The position numbers and the translations under genes are program-made. Below the pieces are notes generated by a model. That model did no database searches, had not been told where the DNA came from, and saw only the letters and a list, made by a program, of their open reading frames with translations. From a virus (lineage: Duplodnaviria; Caudoviricetes): a stretch of DNA of 56,147 bases. The stretch spans positions 1 through 56,147 of the IMG/VR virus record IMGVR_UViG_3300036760_000361; one strand, given 5' to 3'. Below, in pieces: positions 18,005 through 26,614 of this stretch (positions within the stretch are counted from its first letter, which is position 1; every line of letters starts with the position of its first letter).

Positions 18005-18580
18005 ATGGTAAGAATAGAGGATGACTTGCTTGATGCACTTAGTAAAGCAAGGATAAGAGGTAAGGATTGGCAACTTATATGCTGTATATTAAAACTTCAT
18101 AATCGCAAGGAATATATAACAATATCTCAGTTTTCGCATAGAACTGGTATATCAATGAGGCATGTGAGCAATGGACTGGGAAGGCTAATTTCAAGAAATA
18201 TAATTCTGAAATATGTGGAAGACACAGAAATATATTATACAATTAATGAAAACACTGCTATGTGGATTGATGAGATAAAAGAAATAGAGCCAGGAGACGA
18301 TATAATAGTTAAACCAGATGAAATCAAGGTATCGAAATTCTTTTTTGAATTTTATAATATGTATCCTAATAAGGTTAATTTCCTACTGACAAAAAAGAAA
18401 TGGGCTGAACTAAACCCAGACGATGAACTGGCTCAATACATAATCAAAAGATTAAAGTTATTTATAAGGTCTGAGGATTGGAATAGGGATGGTGGGAAAT
18501 GGATACCTGCTGCTCATACTTTCATTATGTATAGAAGATGGGAAGATGAACCAAAAATAAAGAAAGGATGGAAAGAATAA
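18005..18580 (+). CDS. Phage replication initiator (lambda O-like N-terminal wHTH)
   Basis: RIEDDLLDAL...ISQFSHRTGI...V..GL..L...NII...YTIN; C-terminal F..FY..YP.K...W...FI..RRWED; directly upstream of the helicase. Confidence 0.75.
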   Translation: MVRIEDDLLDALSKARIRGKDWQLICCILKLHNRKEYITISQFSHRTGISMRHVSNGLGRLISRNIILKYVEDTEIYYTINENTAMWIDEIKEIEPGDDIIVKPDEIKVSKFFFEFYNMYPNKVNFLLTKKKWAELNPDDELAQYIIKRLKLFIRSEDWNRDGGKWIPAAHTFIMYRRWEDEPKIKKGWKE

Positions 18581-18743
18581 TGTTTCCTTGCACAGATATA
18601 GAATATATTAAAAAAACAATTCTCAAGAAAGCAAGGGGTGTTAAAGATGAGAATATTAAACTTGGTTTGACGATGGCAATAATAATCATAGAAGAACATC
18701 AAGGCATAAAGAGACCAAAACCTGCGGAGGTAAGTAAAAGAAA

Positions 18744-19604
18744 GTGAATAAAAACCTTGAAAATTACGCTGGTGATGACAGGATTATTAGTTCATTTGAA
18801 GCATTTGAAGAGTTAAGTAAAAATAACATAGACCTTAATCTTCTTAAGACTAATATGCCACGCTTGGATGAATTAACTGGTGGTGGATTTTACAAAGGTT
18901 CTATAATTGTAGTTAGCGGTGTAACAGGGGAAGGTAAAACACTTTGGTGCCAGACCTTAACAAAAAATTTTGTAGACCAAGGAATTAAGCCATTATGGTT
19001 CGAGTATGAAGTTATGGCAATACAATTCCTGAAGCAATTTGAGCAACCATTGCCATATTTTCACATGCCACGGATGTTAAAGAACGGAAGTATATCTTGG
19101 TTATTTGATAGAATTTATGAAGCCATAGCAAAATATAAAATAGATGTTGTATTCATTGACCATCTTCACTTTCTTGCTGATGTATTGCAATCAAAAAATA
19201 CAAGTTTAGATATAGGAAGAATAATGAGAATGTTAAAGAATTTAGCTACCGAGACTGCAACTGTTGTGTTTCTTGTAGCCCATACGCATAAGACAGAAGT
19301 AGATACTGAGCTTGGCATAGGATGCACCAGAGATTCTTCGTTCATTGAACAGGATGCAGATGGGGTATTTTATATCTGGAGAAGGGTTAATACCGATAAT
19401 CGTGCCGTGCTTAAAATAGCTAAGTATAGGGGAAATGATGGGCTGGCTTGGAATAAAAAAATTCAACTAATGAAGTTAGGTAAGTATCTGGTAGAGGTTA
19501 AAGATGAGCCAGAAGAAGTCAAGAAAGCAAGGAAGCCTAAAAAAGTTTATACACCAGGGGAAGATGATGATGACGAATCAGGGTTATTCAAACTCTTGTC
19601 TTGA
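18744..19604 (+). CDS. DnaB-like replicative helicase (SF4 C-terminal domain)
   Basis: Walker A GVTGEGKT, YE, FIDHL, VAH, RDSSFIEQDAD, IAKYR. Confidence 0.9.
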   Translation: MNKNLENYAGDDRIISSFEAFEELSKNNIDLNLLKTNMPRLDELTGGGFYKGSIIVVSGVTGEGKTLWCQTLTKNFVDQGIKPLWFEYEVMAIQFLKQFEQPLPYFHMPRMLKNGSISWLFDRIYEAIAKYKIDVVFIDHLHFLADVLQSKNTSLDIGRIMRMLKNLATETATVVFLVAHTHKTEVDTELGIGCTRDSSFIEQDADGVFYIWRRVNTDNRAVLKIAKYRGNDGLAWNKKIQLMKLGKYLVEVKDEPEEVKKARKPKKVYTPGEDDDDESGLFKLLS

Positions 19605-19629
19605 CAAATTTATAAATTTATGCTATTAT
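19601..19629 (+). promoter_or_regulatory. Sigma70-type promoter
   Basis: TTGACA-17 nt-TATTAT with extended TG; AGGAGG RBS follows. Confidence 0.75.
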
Positions 19630-19649
19630 AATTAAAATAGGAGGAAAAG

Positions 19650-19826
19650 ATGGAAGAGAGTAGAGATTTTAAAGAAGGATATAGAATTGGATTTGAGGAA
19701 GGTTCAAGGGAACGATATGATGAAGGCTTTGATGATGGGGAAAAGGCTGGCTATAAAGATGGATTTAAAAATGGATATGAAAGGGCAATAGAGGATGTTC
19801 AAGAACAAATTAGTCAATTATCTTAA
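19650..19826 (+). CDS. 58-aa GxxxG-repeat protein (not in the ORF track)
   Basis: MEESRDFKEGYRIGFEEG...GYKDGFKNGYERA; AGGAGG RBS. Confidence 0.7.
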   Translation: MEESRDFKEGYRIGFEEGSRERYDEGFDDGEKAGYKDGFKNGYERAIEDVQEQISQLS

Positions 19827-20043
19827 GAAAAATATCTTACTTAAGGTAGGTGCTTTTGGTGGCGTAACAGGTTGTGTATTTGTAGCATTTGGACTTCCAC
19901 TGGAAGCAAATACAATATGGGTTCTTACAAATCCATTTATTGCAATTCATAATTATAGGATAAAAGAATATGGTCAGATGATACTGTGGTCTGTTTATAT
20001 TTGTATAGCCGTATTCGGATTAATATATAATTGGGGGAATTAA
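19795..20043 (+). CDS. Small membrane protein, PnuC-like; start uncertain
   Basis: Three hydrophobic segments; W-x-x-x-N pattern. Confidence 0.5.
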   Translation: MFKNKLVNYLKKNILLKVGAFGGVTGCVFVAFGLPLEANTIWVLTNPFIAIHNYRIKEYGQMILWSVYICIAVFGLIYNWGN

Positions 20044-20497
20044 AATGCCAGTAAGTTTAGATGATAGTTTATTTTCCATAAAACATTTAGTATACTGTGA
20101 ATTGCCAGGAATTACGTGTAAGGTATGCAATGAGGAAGTTAGCAATAAACTTGGTTATTTTATCTTACATGGACATAATTCTTATTGGTGCTGTGTAAAA
20201 CATGGTATCAAAGAAAAGGCTATTGATATAAAGGGAATAGATGCATGGACTTTAGCTATAATGGTAAAAAGTTTACAGGAAAAAGAGAGAAGAAATCATG
20301 AATAGAAAAATTAAAACAAAACCAGACGAAGATACCTACGAAGGTCTAATAATTAGTGGATACTTTTCTGGAAAACGAACATATTTGTGGTTCGGAGAAA
20401 AGGTAGATATAGGTATAACAAAATTTTTAGGAACTTTATCTGGACAAAAACTTTATAGACTTGCAAAAGCTATCGTTAGACAGTTTTAGGATAAATA

Positions 20498-21589
20498 ATG
20501 ATGAAACCTTGGACTAAGGAAGAAGAAGTAAAATTAAATCAACTTCTTGAAAGTGGAGATTTTAATATTTCTGCTATAGCATATATGTTAGACAGAAGTT
20601 ATGGTTCTGTTCAGAAAAAAGTTATGCGATGTAGGGTTGATAAGGTGAATTTACCTACAAAAAAAGATATTAAGCCAAGACCTATAGACTTAATAAGGGA
20701 ACTTAAAATAAAATTATCTGAATTACCAAGGGAAGATATTAAAGTTTCTACATATAAAGAAAAAGAGGGGGATACATTAATAGTTCATTTTACTGATTGG
20801 CATATAGGTCGTATAGTAAAAAATGAAGACGGTGATGAAATCTATAATGTTAAGATTTTCAAGGAAAGGGTAAATAAGTTATTATCGGAAATTTTAACAT
20901 TATTAGATTTATATATTGTAAAAGGAACACCCATAAGAGACGTTGTGATTCTTTCAACTGGAGACATTCTTGACGGAATGGGCATCTTTGCTTCTCAGGA
21001 ATCGGTATCTGAAACATCACCACCCTTTCAGGTTATGCTGGCTGTAGAAGTGATACAGAATTTTATCCTATCATTGATTAGAAGAAAATTACACATATCT
21101 TTCTATGGGGTCAAGGGAAATCATGGAGAAATAAGAGAAGGTGGTAAATCCAGAGACCCTAATGCTAATTGGGATTTAATGTTGTATCTCATTCTAAAAT
21201 TCTGGGCTGATACTGTAGTCAAGGGAAGTGATATTACAATTCATTATTCTGAGTTAGATTACCTTAATCTTAATGTGCAAGGATGGAAATATCACATAAG
21301 GCATATTGCTCCCCAACAAGGAGAAACTCCAGCTGGCAAGGCTAAATTCCTTGGGTGGGCAAGAAAACACAAATTCGATGTTATTGTGTCTGGACATTAT
21401 CATCATTATTCCATTAGCGACAAGTTGGGAATAACACTCATGAAGGGTGGTTCGCTGGTAGGTTCAGATGAATTAACAGAACAAATGGCAGAGGAAAGTG
21501 AACCCATCCAACTGCTATTTGGTTGTAGTAAAAAAAGACCAGTTACGTTTGTATATGCGATTGACCTTGGTCAAAGAAAACAGAAGTAA
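20498..21589 (+). CDS. Calcineurin-like metallophosphoesterase with an N-terminal HTH
   Basis: DWH, GDILDG, GNHG and GHYH motifs; WTKEEE...IAYMLDRS N-terminus. Confidence 0.85.
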   Translation: MMKPWTKEEEVKLNQLLESGDFNISAIAYMLDRSYGSVQKKVMRCRVDKVNLPTKKDIKPRPIDLIRELKIKLSELPREDIKVSTYKEKEGDTLIVHFTDWHIGRIVKNEDGDEIYNVKIFKERVNKLLSEILTLLDLYIVKGTPIRDVVILSTGDILDGMGIFASQESVSETSPPFQVMLAVEVIQNFILSLIRRKLHISFYGVKGNHGEIREGGKSRDPNANWDLMLYLILKFWADTVVKGSDITIHYSELDYLNLNVQGWKYHIRHIAPQQGETPAGKAKFLGWARKHKFDVIVSGHYHHYSISDKLGITLMKGGSLVGSDELTEQMAEESEPIQLLFGCSKKRPVTFVYAIDLGQRKQK

Positions 21590-21599
21590 GGAGGAAATA

Positions 21600-21785
21600 A
21601 TGACAGAATATGAAAGGGGTTATGAGGATGGCAAGGCACAGGGAATAAAAGATGGATATGAAATGGCATGTGATGATATTAAAAGAAGAATTGTAGCATA
21701 CCAAGCCCAGTGTAGGATTAAGGCATGGCATATCGGATTTTTTATTGCTATTATAGCTTTAATATTTTATATCTTTGGGAGATAA
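21600..21785 (+). CDS. GxxxG-repeat protein with a C-terminal TM segment
   Basis: MTEYERGYEDGKAQGIKDGYE; GGAGG RBS. Confidence 0.65.
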   Translation: MTEYERGYEDGKAQGIKDGYEMACDDIKRRIVAYQAQCRIKAWHIGFFIAIIALIFYIFGR

Positions 21786-22179
21786 TGATGTTATACCAAA
21801 TATTATACTGGATGATGTTAATAAGTTTCTTTGGGCTATCAATGCAGGGAACTCCCAAGATGATATTTATTGGTATTTTATTAACAATGGTAAACGCAAT
21901 TTTATTTTGGAGGTAATGTGGTAGGATTTAAAGGATATATGGTAGAACTTTTAGTGGAATTTTTGAATTACATAGAGGAAAATGTTGGGCTTGCAAACTG
22001 GCAACCTGACGTTACATCTGAAATGTTTGTTAAAAAATTCTTAGAACAAAGGGGGAAGAAGTGATTTACTATTGCCCTAAGTGCAAAGAAGAGTATTATG
22101 GAATAAGACGAAAAGGCAATAAATGTTTTAGGTGTGGTGCTAAATTATACAAATCAAGTAAAATAAGAAAAAAGCGAGG

Positions 22180-22437
22180 TTGAATATGCCTTACATAAAA
22201 CCAAAAGATAGGGTTCGTTATTCTTATATCTTTGAAAATGGCAATCCAATGTTTTATACTGCTGGTGATTTAAATTATCTTATTACTATTTTATGTAAGA
22301 AGTATTTGGGGAATAAGCCTAATTATCAAAGATATAATGAAGTAATAGGGGTGCTGGAATGTGCAAAGCTAGAGATTTATAGAAGATGTATTTTACCTTA
22401 CGAAAACCTTAAAATAAAAGAAAATGGTGATGTATAA
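22180..22437 (+). CDS. Conserved phage protein (DUF6899-like)
   Basis: MPYIK...GDLNYLIT...Y..YNEVIGVLECAKLE.YRR...PYE..KI.ENGDV. Confidence 0.75.
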   Translation: MNMPYIKPKDRVRYSYIFENGNPMFYTAGDLNYLITILCKKYLGNKPNYQRYNEVIGVLECAKLEIYRRCILPYENLKIKENGDV

Positions 22438-22769
22438 TGGATGAAGAAGATAAAAAAGAAATTGAAATATGTAAATTAGAGAGTGTTTCTTCTACCTGTA
22501 CGGATACCGAAAGAAGACGCAATAGGGAAATATCCCATGACTTTGGTTTATGTAATAAATGTAGTTATTTTATGTTTACTGAATATGAATTGGGTGATTT
22601 CGCAGCATACTGTAGACCAGTATATGGCTATATACTTTTCAAGAGAGATGCTAAGCAAAAAGTAATTAAATGTAATTCATTTTCAGATAGAGGTACTGCG
22701 TCTGTAAGGGAATTATATGATATGGCTACCTTAATAGATACACGAGAGAAAGTAGGTTTTAGGAGTTAA
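22437..22769 (+). CDS. Cys-containing hypothetical protein
   Basis: Coupled ORF; GLCNKC; C-terminal KVGF. Confidence 0.65.
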   Translation: MDEEDKKEIEICKLESVSSTCTDTERRRNREISHDFGLCNKCSYFMFTEYELGDFAAYCRPVYGYILFKRDAKQKVIKCNSFSDRGTASVRELYDMATLIDTREKVGFRS

Positions 22770-22770
22770 A

Positions 22771-23271
22771 ATGAGAAATAATGAATGTAGATTAGAAAAT
22801 TGTGAGAAATGTCCAAGTTTAGGAAAAACACATCTTTATTTATCCCATCCAGTTTCCATACGACACATGATAAGGGAATTTGAGCTTTATATAGAAAAAC
22901 ATAGTAATATAGAATTATTCAATCCATTCTATGATGCTGATAGAAAGGAAATAAAAGCCATAGATGCAGGTGAAGATATTAATAAAATATATAAAAACCT
23001 CAACCCAACAAAAATAGTGGAAGATGATATTAGTTATATTAACAAATGTGATGGCATAATATCTTTTCTTGGTGATGGAGACGCAAAGTCATTCGGAACT
23101 ATTTGTGAGGTATGGTATGCATTTGAAAGGAAAAAACAAATTTTTATAATCACCCATTTCCTTCAAGAACACCCTTGGGTTAAATATATTACCAAAGGAA
23201 CTAATGGTAAAATATTTTCTTGCTGGGTTGATTTTATGAAATATGCAGTAAGTGGGAAAATAGACGAATGA
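22771..23271 (+). CDS. Nucleoside 2-deoxyribosyltransferase-like protein
   Basis: YLSHP, FNP, IVEDDI..I..CD.II, SFGTICE..YA. Confidence 0.75.
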   Translation: MRNNECRLENCEKCPSLGKTHLYLSHPVSIRHMIREFELYIEKHSNIELFNPFYDADRKEIKAIDAGEDINKIYKNLNPTKIVEDDISYINKCDGIISFLGDGDAKSFGTICEVWYAFERKKQIFIITHFLQEHPWVKYITKGTNGKIFSCWVDFMKYAVSGKIDE

Positions 23272-23690
23272 TTAATCAACTTGACATTAAATATCATTTA
23301 CTTGAACTTGTAAAATTCGAAAGGTCGCTCGGAAATAATGACATTGAGTACAGGGAATGTAAGAAATGTGGTTTCCCATTTGTAACAGAAGATGATTCAG
23401 AAGAGTGTATAATATGTTCAGGTAAGATGAAACCATTACATACCGCAATGACAGCTTTATGTCCTATATGCGGATGTGAATTTGATTGTGGTGGTAAAAC
23501 AGCTTGCAGTATAAAATGCGTAAAAAAATCAAATAAACTTGGTATTAAAAGAAAAGAAAGAAGGGACATGATAGAAAAAGGATTGGTATTATCCAATAAA
23601 CCAAAAAGAAATCGTGGTGGAAGCCCAGGGTGGTCAGGCAAAGAACATCCCTGGAAATCAGTACAAAGAGGAAGTTATGAGAACATATAA
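23268..23690 (+). CDS. Multi-zinc-finger hypothetical protein
   Basis: Several CxxC pairs and CSxxC. Confidence 0.65.
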   Translation: MINQLDIKYHLLELVKFERSLGNNDIEYRECKKCGFPFVTEDDSEECIICSGKMKPLHTAMTALCPICGCEFDCGGKTACSIKCVKKSNKLGIKRKERRDMIEKGLVLSNKPKRNRGGSPGWSGKEHPWKSVQRGSYENI

Positions 23691-23941
23691 ATGCCCAAGA
23701 TGTGGAAATAAGTTCTTTAAGCCAATACTTATAGGTTATGGTAGTTATCAAGATATTTGTGTTTTGTGCGGATGGATAAATCAAGATTATATTTGGTATT
23801 GGGAATAAAAGTTATATTATAGTTCCGTGGAACAGATAGAGCTTTTTCCGAATAGTAAACTAGAAAAATGTAAGAAATGTATATGGTGGGATAGAAATTT
23901 TAAAATATGTAATAGGGAGTCTAAAGAGTGTATAAAGAAAA

Positions 23942-24385
23942 ATGAAAACAAGAAAAGTTAAAACATTAAGACAGATTTCCATAAAATGGTTAGATTTATT
24001 GTGGGGGAGAATAATACACAATCGAGACAAGGACACGTGTCAATGGTGCGGAAGGTCTTATGGTAAGGTGGATGCCCATCATATTCATGGTAGAGGGTTA
24101 TTTGTAAGATGGGATACCAGAAATGGAATTTTATTATGTTATCGTTGCCATCAGCATAGAATCCACACTGACCACGAAGGTCTTAGGAAGGTCTGTATTG
24201 AAAAAATAGGACAGAGGGTTTATGACCAATTATATTTTTTATCGCATAGGCCATATAGTAATGTAGATTTTGAACATTGGGAAAAACTATTGTTGGGTGA
24301 GATAAAAGATTTACATATTATCCCACCACCTAAACCAAAAAGACTAACCGAGCAACCTAAGTTACCACTAAGGAGTAAAAAATGA
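23942..24385 (+). CDS. HNH / NinG-like endonuclease
   Basis: RD..TCQWCG...DAHHI...RWD.RNG.LLC..CH. Confidence 0.85.
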   Translation: MKTRKVKTLRQISIKWLDLLWGRIIHNRDKDTCQWCGRSYGKVDAHHIHGRGLFVRWDTRNGILLCYRCHQHRIHTDHEGLRKVCIEKIGQRVYDQLYFLSHRPYSNVDFEHWEKLLLGEIKDLHIIPPPKPKRLTEQPKLPLRSKK

Positions 24386-24645
24386 AAGTAGTACATTGCA
24401 AAAAAGAACCATACGATATTTACATAGGAAGACCCAGTAAATGGGGAAATCCATTTTTAATAGGAAAGGACGGAAGTAGAGATGAAGTTATAGAAAAATA
24501 TAGAAAATATATTTTAAATAAACCAGAACTGATGGCGTCCTTACATGAACTAAGTGGAAAAACATTGGGTTGATGGTGCAAACCTCGTGCGTGTCATGGG
24601 GATATATTGATAGAATTAGTGGAAAATAAATCAGACAAAAAATAA
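24382..24645 (+). CDS. DUF4326 protein with an in-frame UGA (candidate selenoprotein; alternatively a pseudogene)
   Basis: VVHCKK..YDIYIGRPSKWGNPF...ELSGKTLG-[TGA 24571]-WCKPRACHGDIL...TAA; the family motif is LGCWCxPxxCHGD. Confidence 0.8.
24583..24601 (+). other. Putative bacterial SECIS hairpin
   Basis: CCUCGUG-CGUGU-CAUGGGG: 7-bp stem with two G-U pairs; loop starts 16 nt after the UGA with G at loop position 2. Confidence 0.5.
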
Positions 24646-24726
24646 AAAGAAAAAGGTAAGTAGTAAATAATAGGAGCATTACGGTATTCTGGCATCTATG
24701 AAAATCAGATATGCCCCAAAATTATA

Positions 24727-24768
24727 GGGTGAGGGGAAGCCTAAAGTCAATCCTCTCACCCATTTTAT
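24727..24768. terminator. Hairpin at the convergence of the two transcription arms (likely terminator)
   Basis: GGGTGAGGGGA...TCCTCTCACCC followed by ATTTTATT. Confidence 0.7.
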
Positions 24769-24776
24769 TATGGTTG

Positions 24777-25103
24777 TTATGGTTCTTCTGGTACTTTTTC
24801 TACTTTCAATACTTTATATTTATAGACACCTATTCCGATTTTACCTCCAGAATACGTAAAACTAACATTTACAATATGTTCTTCTTCATCATTATTTGTA
24901 TCAAGTAAGATATTTTGCTCTGGTTCTATTTCAATTGTATAAGTGGAAATTATAGGAGTAAATTTTGTGTCCTCTAAAATCACAGTTCCAGATTCAGCAT
25001 CTACAATATTATATACTCCACTTGTAGGTACAACCAATTTGCCAAGGTCATCCTTAAACTGCACATCTAAAAATGAGTTAGAACCCTGATATGCTTCTTC
25101 CAT
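24777..25103 (-). CDS. Hypothetical virion-associated protein
   Basis: GGAGG RBS; last gene of the structural arm. Confidence 0.7.
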   Translation of the reverse strand: MEEAYQGSNSFLDVQFKDDLGKLVVPTSGVYNIVDAESGTVILEDTKFTPIISTYTIEIEPEQNILLDTNNDEEEHIVNVSFTYSGGKIGIGVYKYKVLKVEKVPEEP

Positions 25104-25118
25104 AATTGCCTCCCTTGT

Positions 25119-25610
25119 TTATCCACCAGCGGTGCAAGTTAAAGCATAAGTAAATTGAATTGAATCTCCATTAGCTACATTAATTGCTGCAAACTTAGAC
25201 CTATCCCATAGCGTTCCACTTGAAGAAGCTGAGAATAAACCATGTTCTGTAACTGCATGAGCACCTGTCATTGGGATAATTGCTACTGTTGTATATACAT
25301 TATCAGTTGAGTCTTGACTGCCAGATACCCTTGATTCAATTTCAGAACCAAGAGTTGTATCACTTGTTGATTCATCTGCGGTTCCAACACCACAAGCATG
25401 ATACTTAAATGCACTGATATGGTTTGAACCACCAGCAAAATCAGCAGCCAGATAATTAACCCCAGCAGTAGTAACCACCCTTGTGCAGATAAGTCCCAGG
25501 TCTTTTACTTTGCCATCTGCCCGAATAATTTTCGCAAAAAGTTTTGACTTAAAAACCAACACATCTTCGGGATTATATCCACAAATCAGTTTCTTTAGAA
25601 ATTTAAGCAT
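25119..25610 (-). CDS. Tail-fibre-associated / virion protein
   Basis: VVTTAG...G.GT......DT.L..E...TEHGLF....G.L..R pattern seen in phage tail proteins; start probably ATG 25610. Confidence 0.65.
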   Translation of the reverse strand: MLKFLKKLICGYNPEDVLVFKSKLFAKIIRADGKVKDLGLICTRVVTTAGVNYLAADFAGGSNHISAFKYHACGVGTADESTSDTTLGSEIESRVSGSQDSTDNVYTTVAIIPMTGAHAVTEHGLFSASSSGTLWDRSKFAAINVANGDSIQFTYALTCTAGG

Positions 25611-25638
25611 TTTTACCTCCATTTTTGCCCCTATGGGG

Positions 25639-26466
25639 CTATTTCATTTTAAAATTAGCAGAAGATTCCCTTTTACTAAAATCTATTCCTGCTTTTCTTA
25701 ATAGGAATTTTACCATTGGATTTTGTAATCCAATCCATCTTCCTATTAAATATAAGAAATCTACAACCCCAGATAAGGACAATATACTATGCAATACCTT
25801 ATTTGGCATTTTCCTAATCAGTCCACTAAACTGTACAGTTCCGTAAAGAATCTTGTGATATAATATATATAATATATTTGTTACATTGCCAGTAAATGAT
25901 ATTGCAGATTGTAGTATTATATATGATTTTTTATGCACATTTCCTGTGGATTCAAGTGTTCCAAGTATATATTTTTGTATAAATCTTAGATATGAACCCG
26001 AAAACGATACCATGCTGCTGAGTTTCTTGCCAGCACCCTTAAATATGTTTCCTGAGAATGATAAGGCTGCAACCAATTCTTTAAATGTAATTCTGGTATA
26101 GGATATAATTCCAGATGTATTAAGATTACCACCTACGTTAAAATCAATAGCCTTTACTATCAACCCTAAAAATGTTAATGTTTTATTCAAAACCACATTG
26201 GTTATTCTACTTATTTCACCAGAGGATGTAAGGCTACCATATATATTCTTTAATGTTTTCTTAGTTATATCTCCAGCAAAACCAAGAGATGCTGTTAGTG
26301 TACAAAAGAATGCCTTTAGAATATCAAGTATCCCAGAAAAGGTTAACCCACCAGATATTGATTTATCTGTTTGTTTTACAATAGCACCAGATGTATCTAC
26401 ATTTCCAGATGTATTTTGCTGATATACCCCAACAAGCGTAAAAACAGTTGAGTTGTGATTAGCCAC
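25639..26466 (-). CDS. Virion protein with degenerate ~20-aa repeats
   Basis: Recurrent L-x-F-S/T-G units. Confidence 0.6.
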   Translation of the reverse strand: MANHNSTVFTLVGVYQQNTSGNVDTSGAIVKQTDKSISGGLTFSGILDILKAFFCTLTASLGFAGDITKKTLKNIYGSLTSSGEISRITNVVLNKTLTFLGLIVKAIDFNVGGNLNTSGIISYTRITFKELVAALSFSGNIFKGAGKKLSSMVSFSGSYLRFIQKYILGTLESTGNVHKKSYIILQSAISFTGNVTNILYILYHKILYGTVQFSGLIRKMPNKVLHSILSLSGVVDFLYLIGRWIGLQNPMVKFLLRKAGIDFSKRESSANFKMK

Positions 26467-26614
26467 TCCACCCTCTCTTATATAATCCTTTTTTAAATTT
26501 AGAAGCTATCCATGTCATTTTTGGCATGGGATTTCCACCAAATTCATATATTGCATTTTTAAAAGCATTAAAGAAAGTTGTAATAGAAAATTTAGTTGCT
26601 ATGTGATTTGCCAA
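26459..26614 (-). CDS. 51-aa ORF (not in the track) starting MANHIATKF
   Basis: TTG start right after the upstream stop; fills the gap; N-terminus resembles the downstream MANHNSTVF. Confidence 0.5.
   Translation of the reverse strand: MANHIATKFSITTFFNAFKNAIYEFGGNPMPKMTWIASKFKKGLYKRGWSG

Noticed and set aside
24571-24573. Genome-wide TGA reassignment (code 4 or 25)
   Set aside because: Many genes end in TGA with ATGA overlaps, long genes are intact under code 11, and the motif calls for Cys rather than Trp or Gly
26459-26614. Programmed frameshift at TTTAAAAAAG fusing the small ORF to 25639..26466
   Set aside because: It would need a +1 shift rather than the canonical -1, and the downstream gene has its own start and RBS
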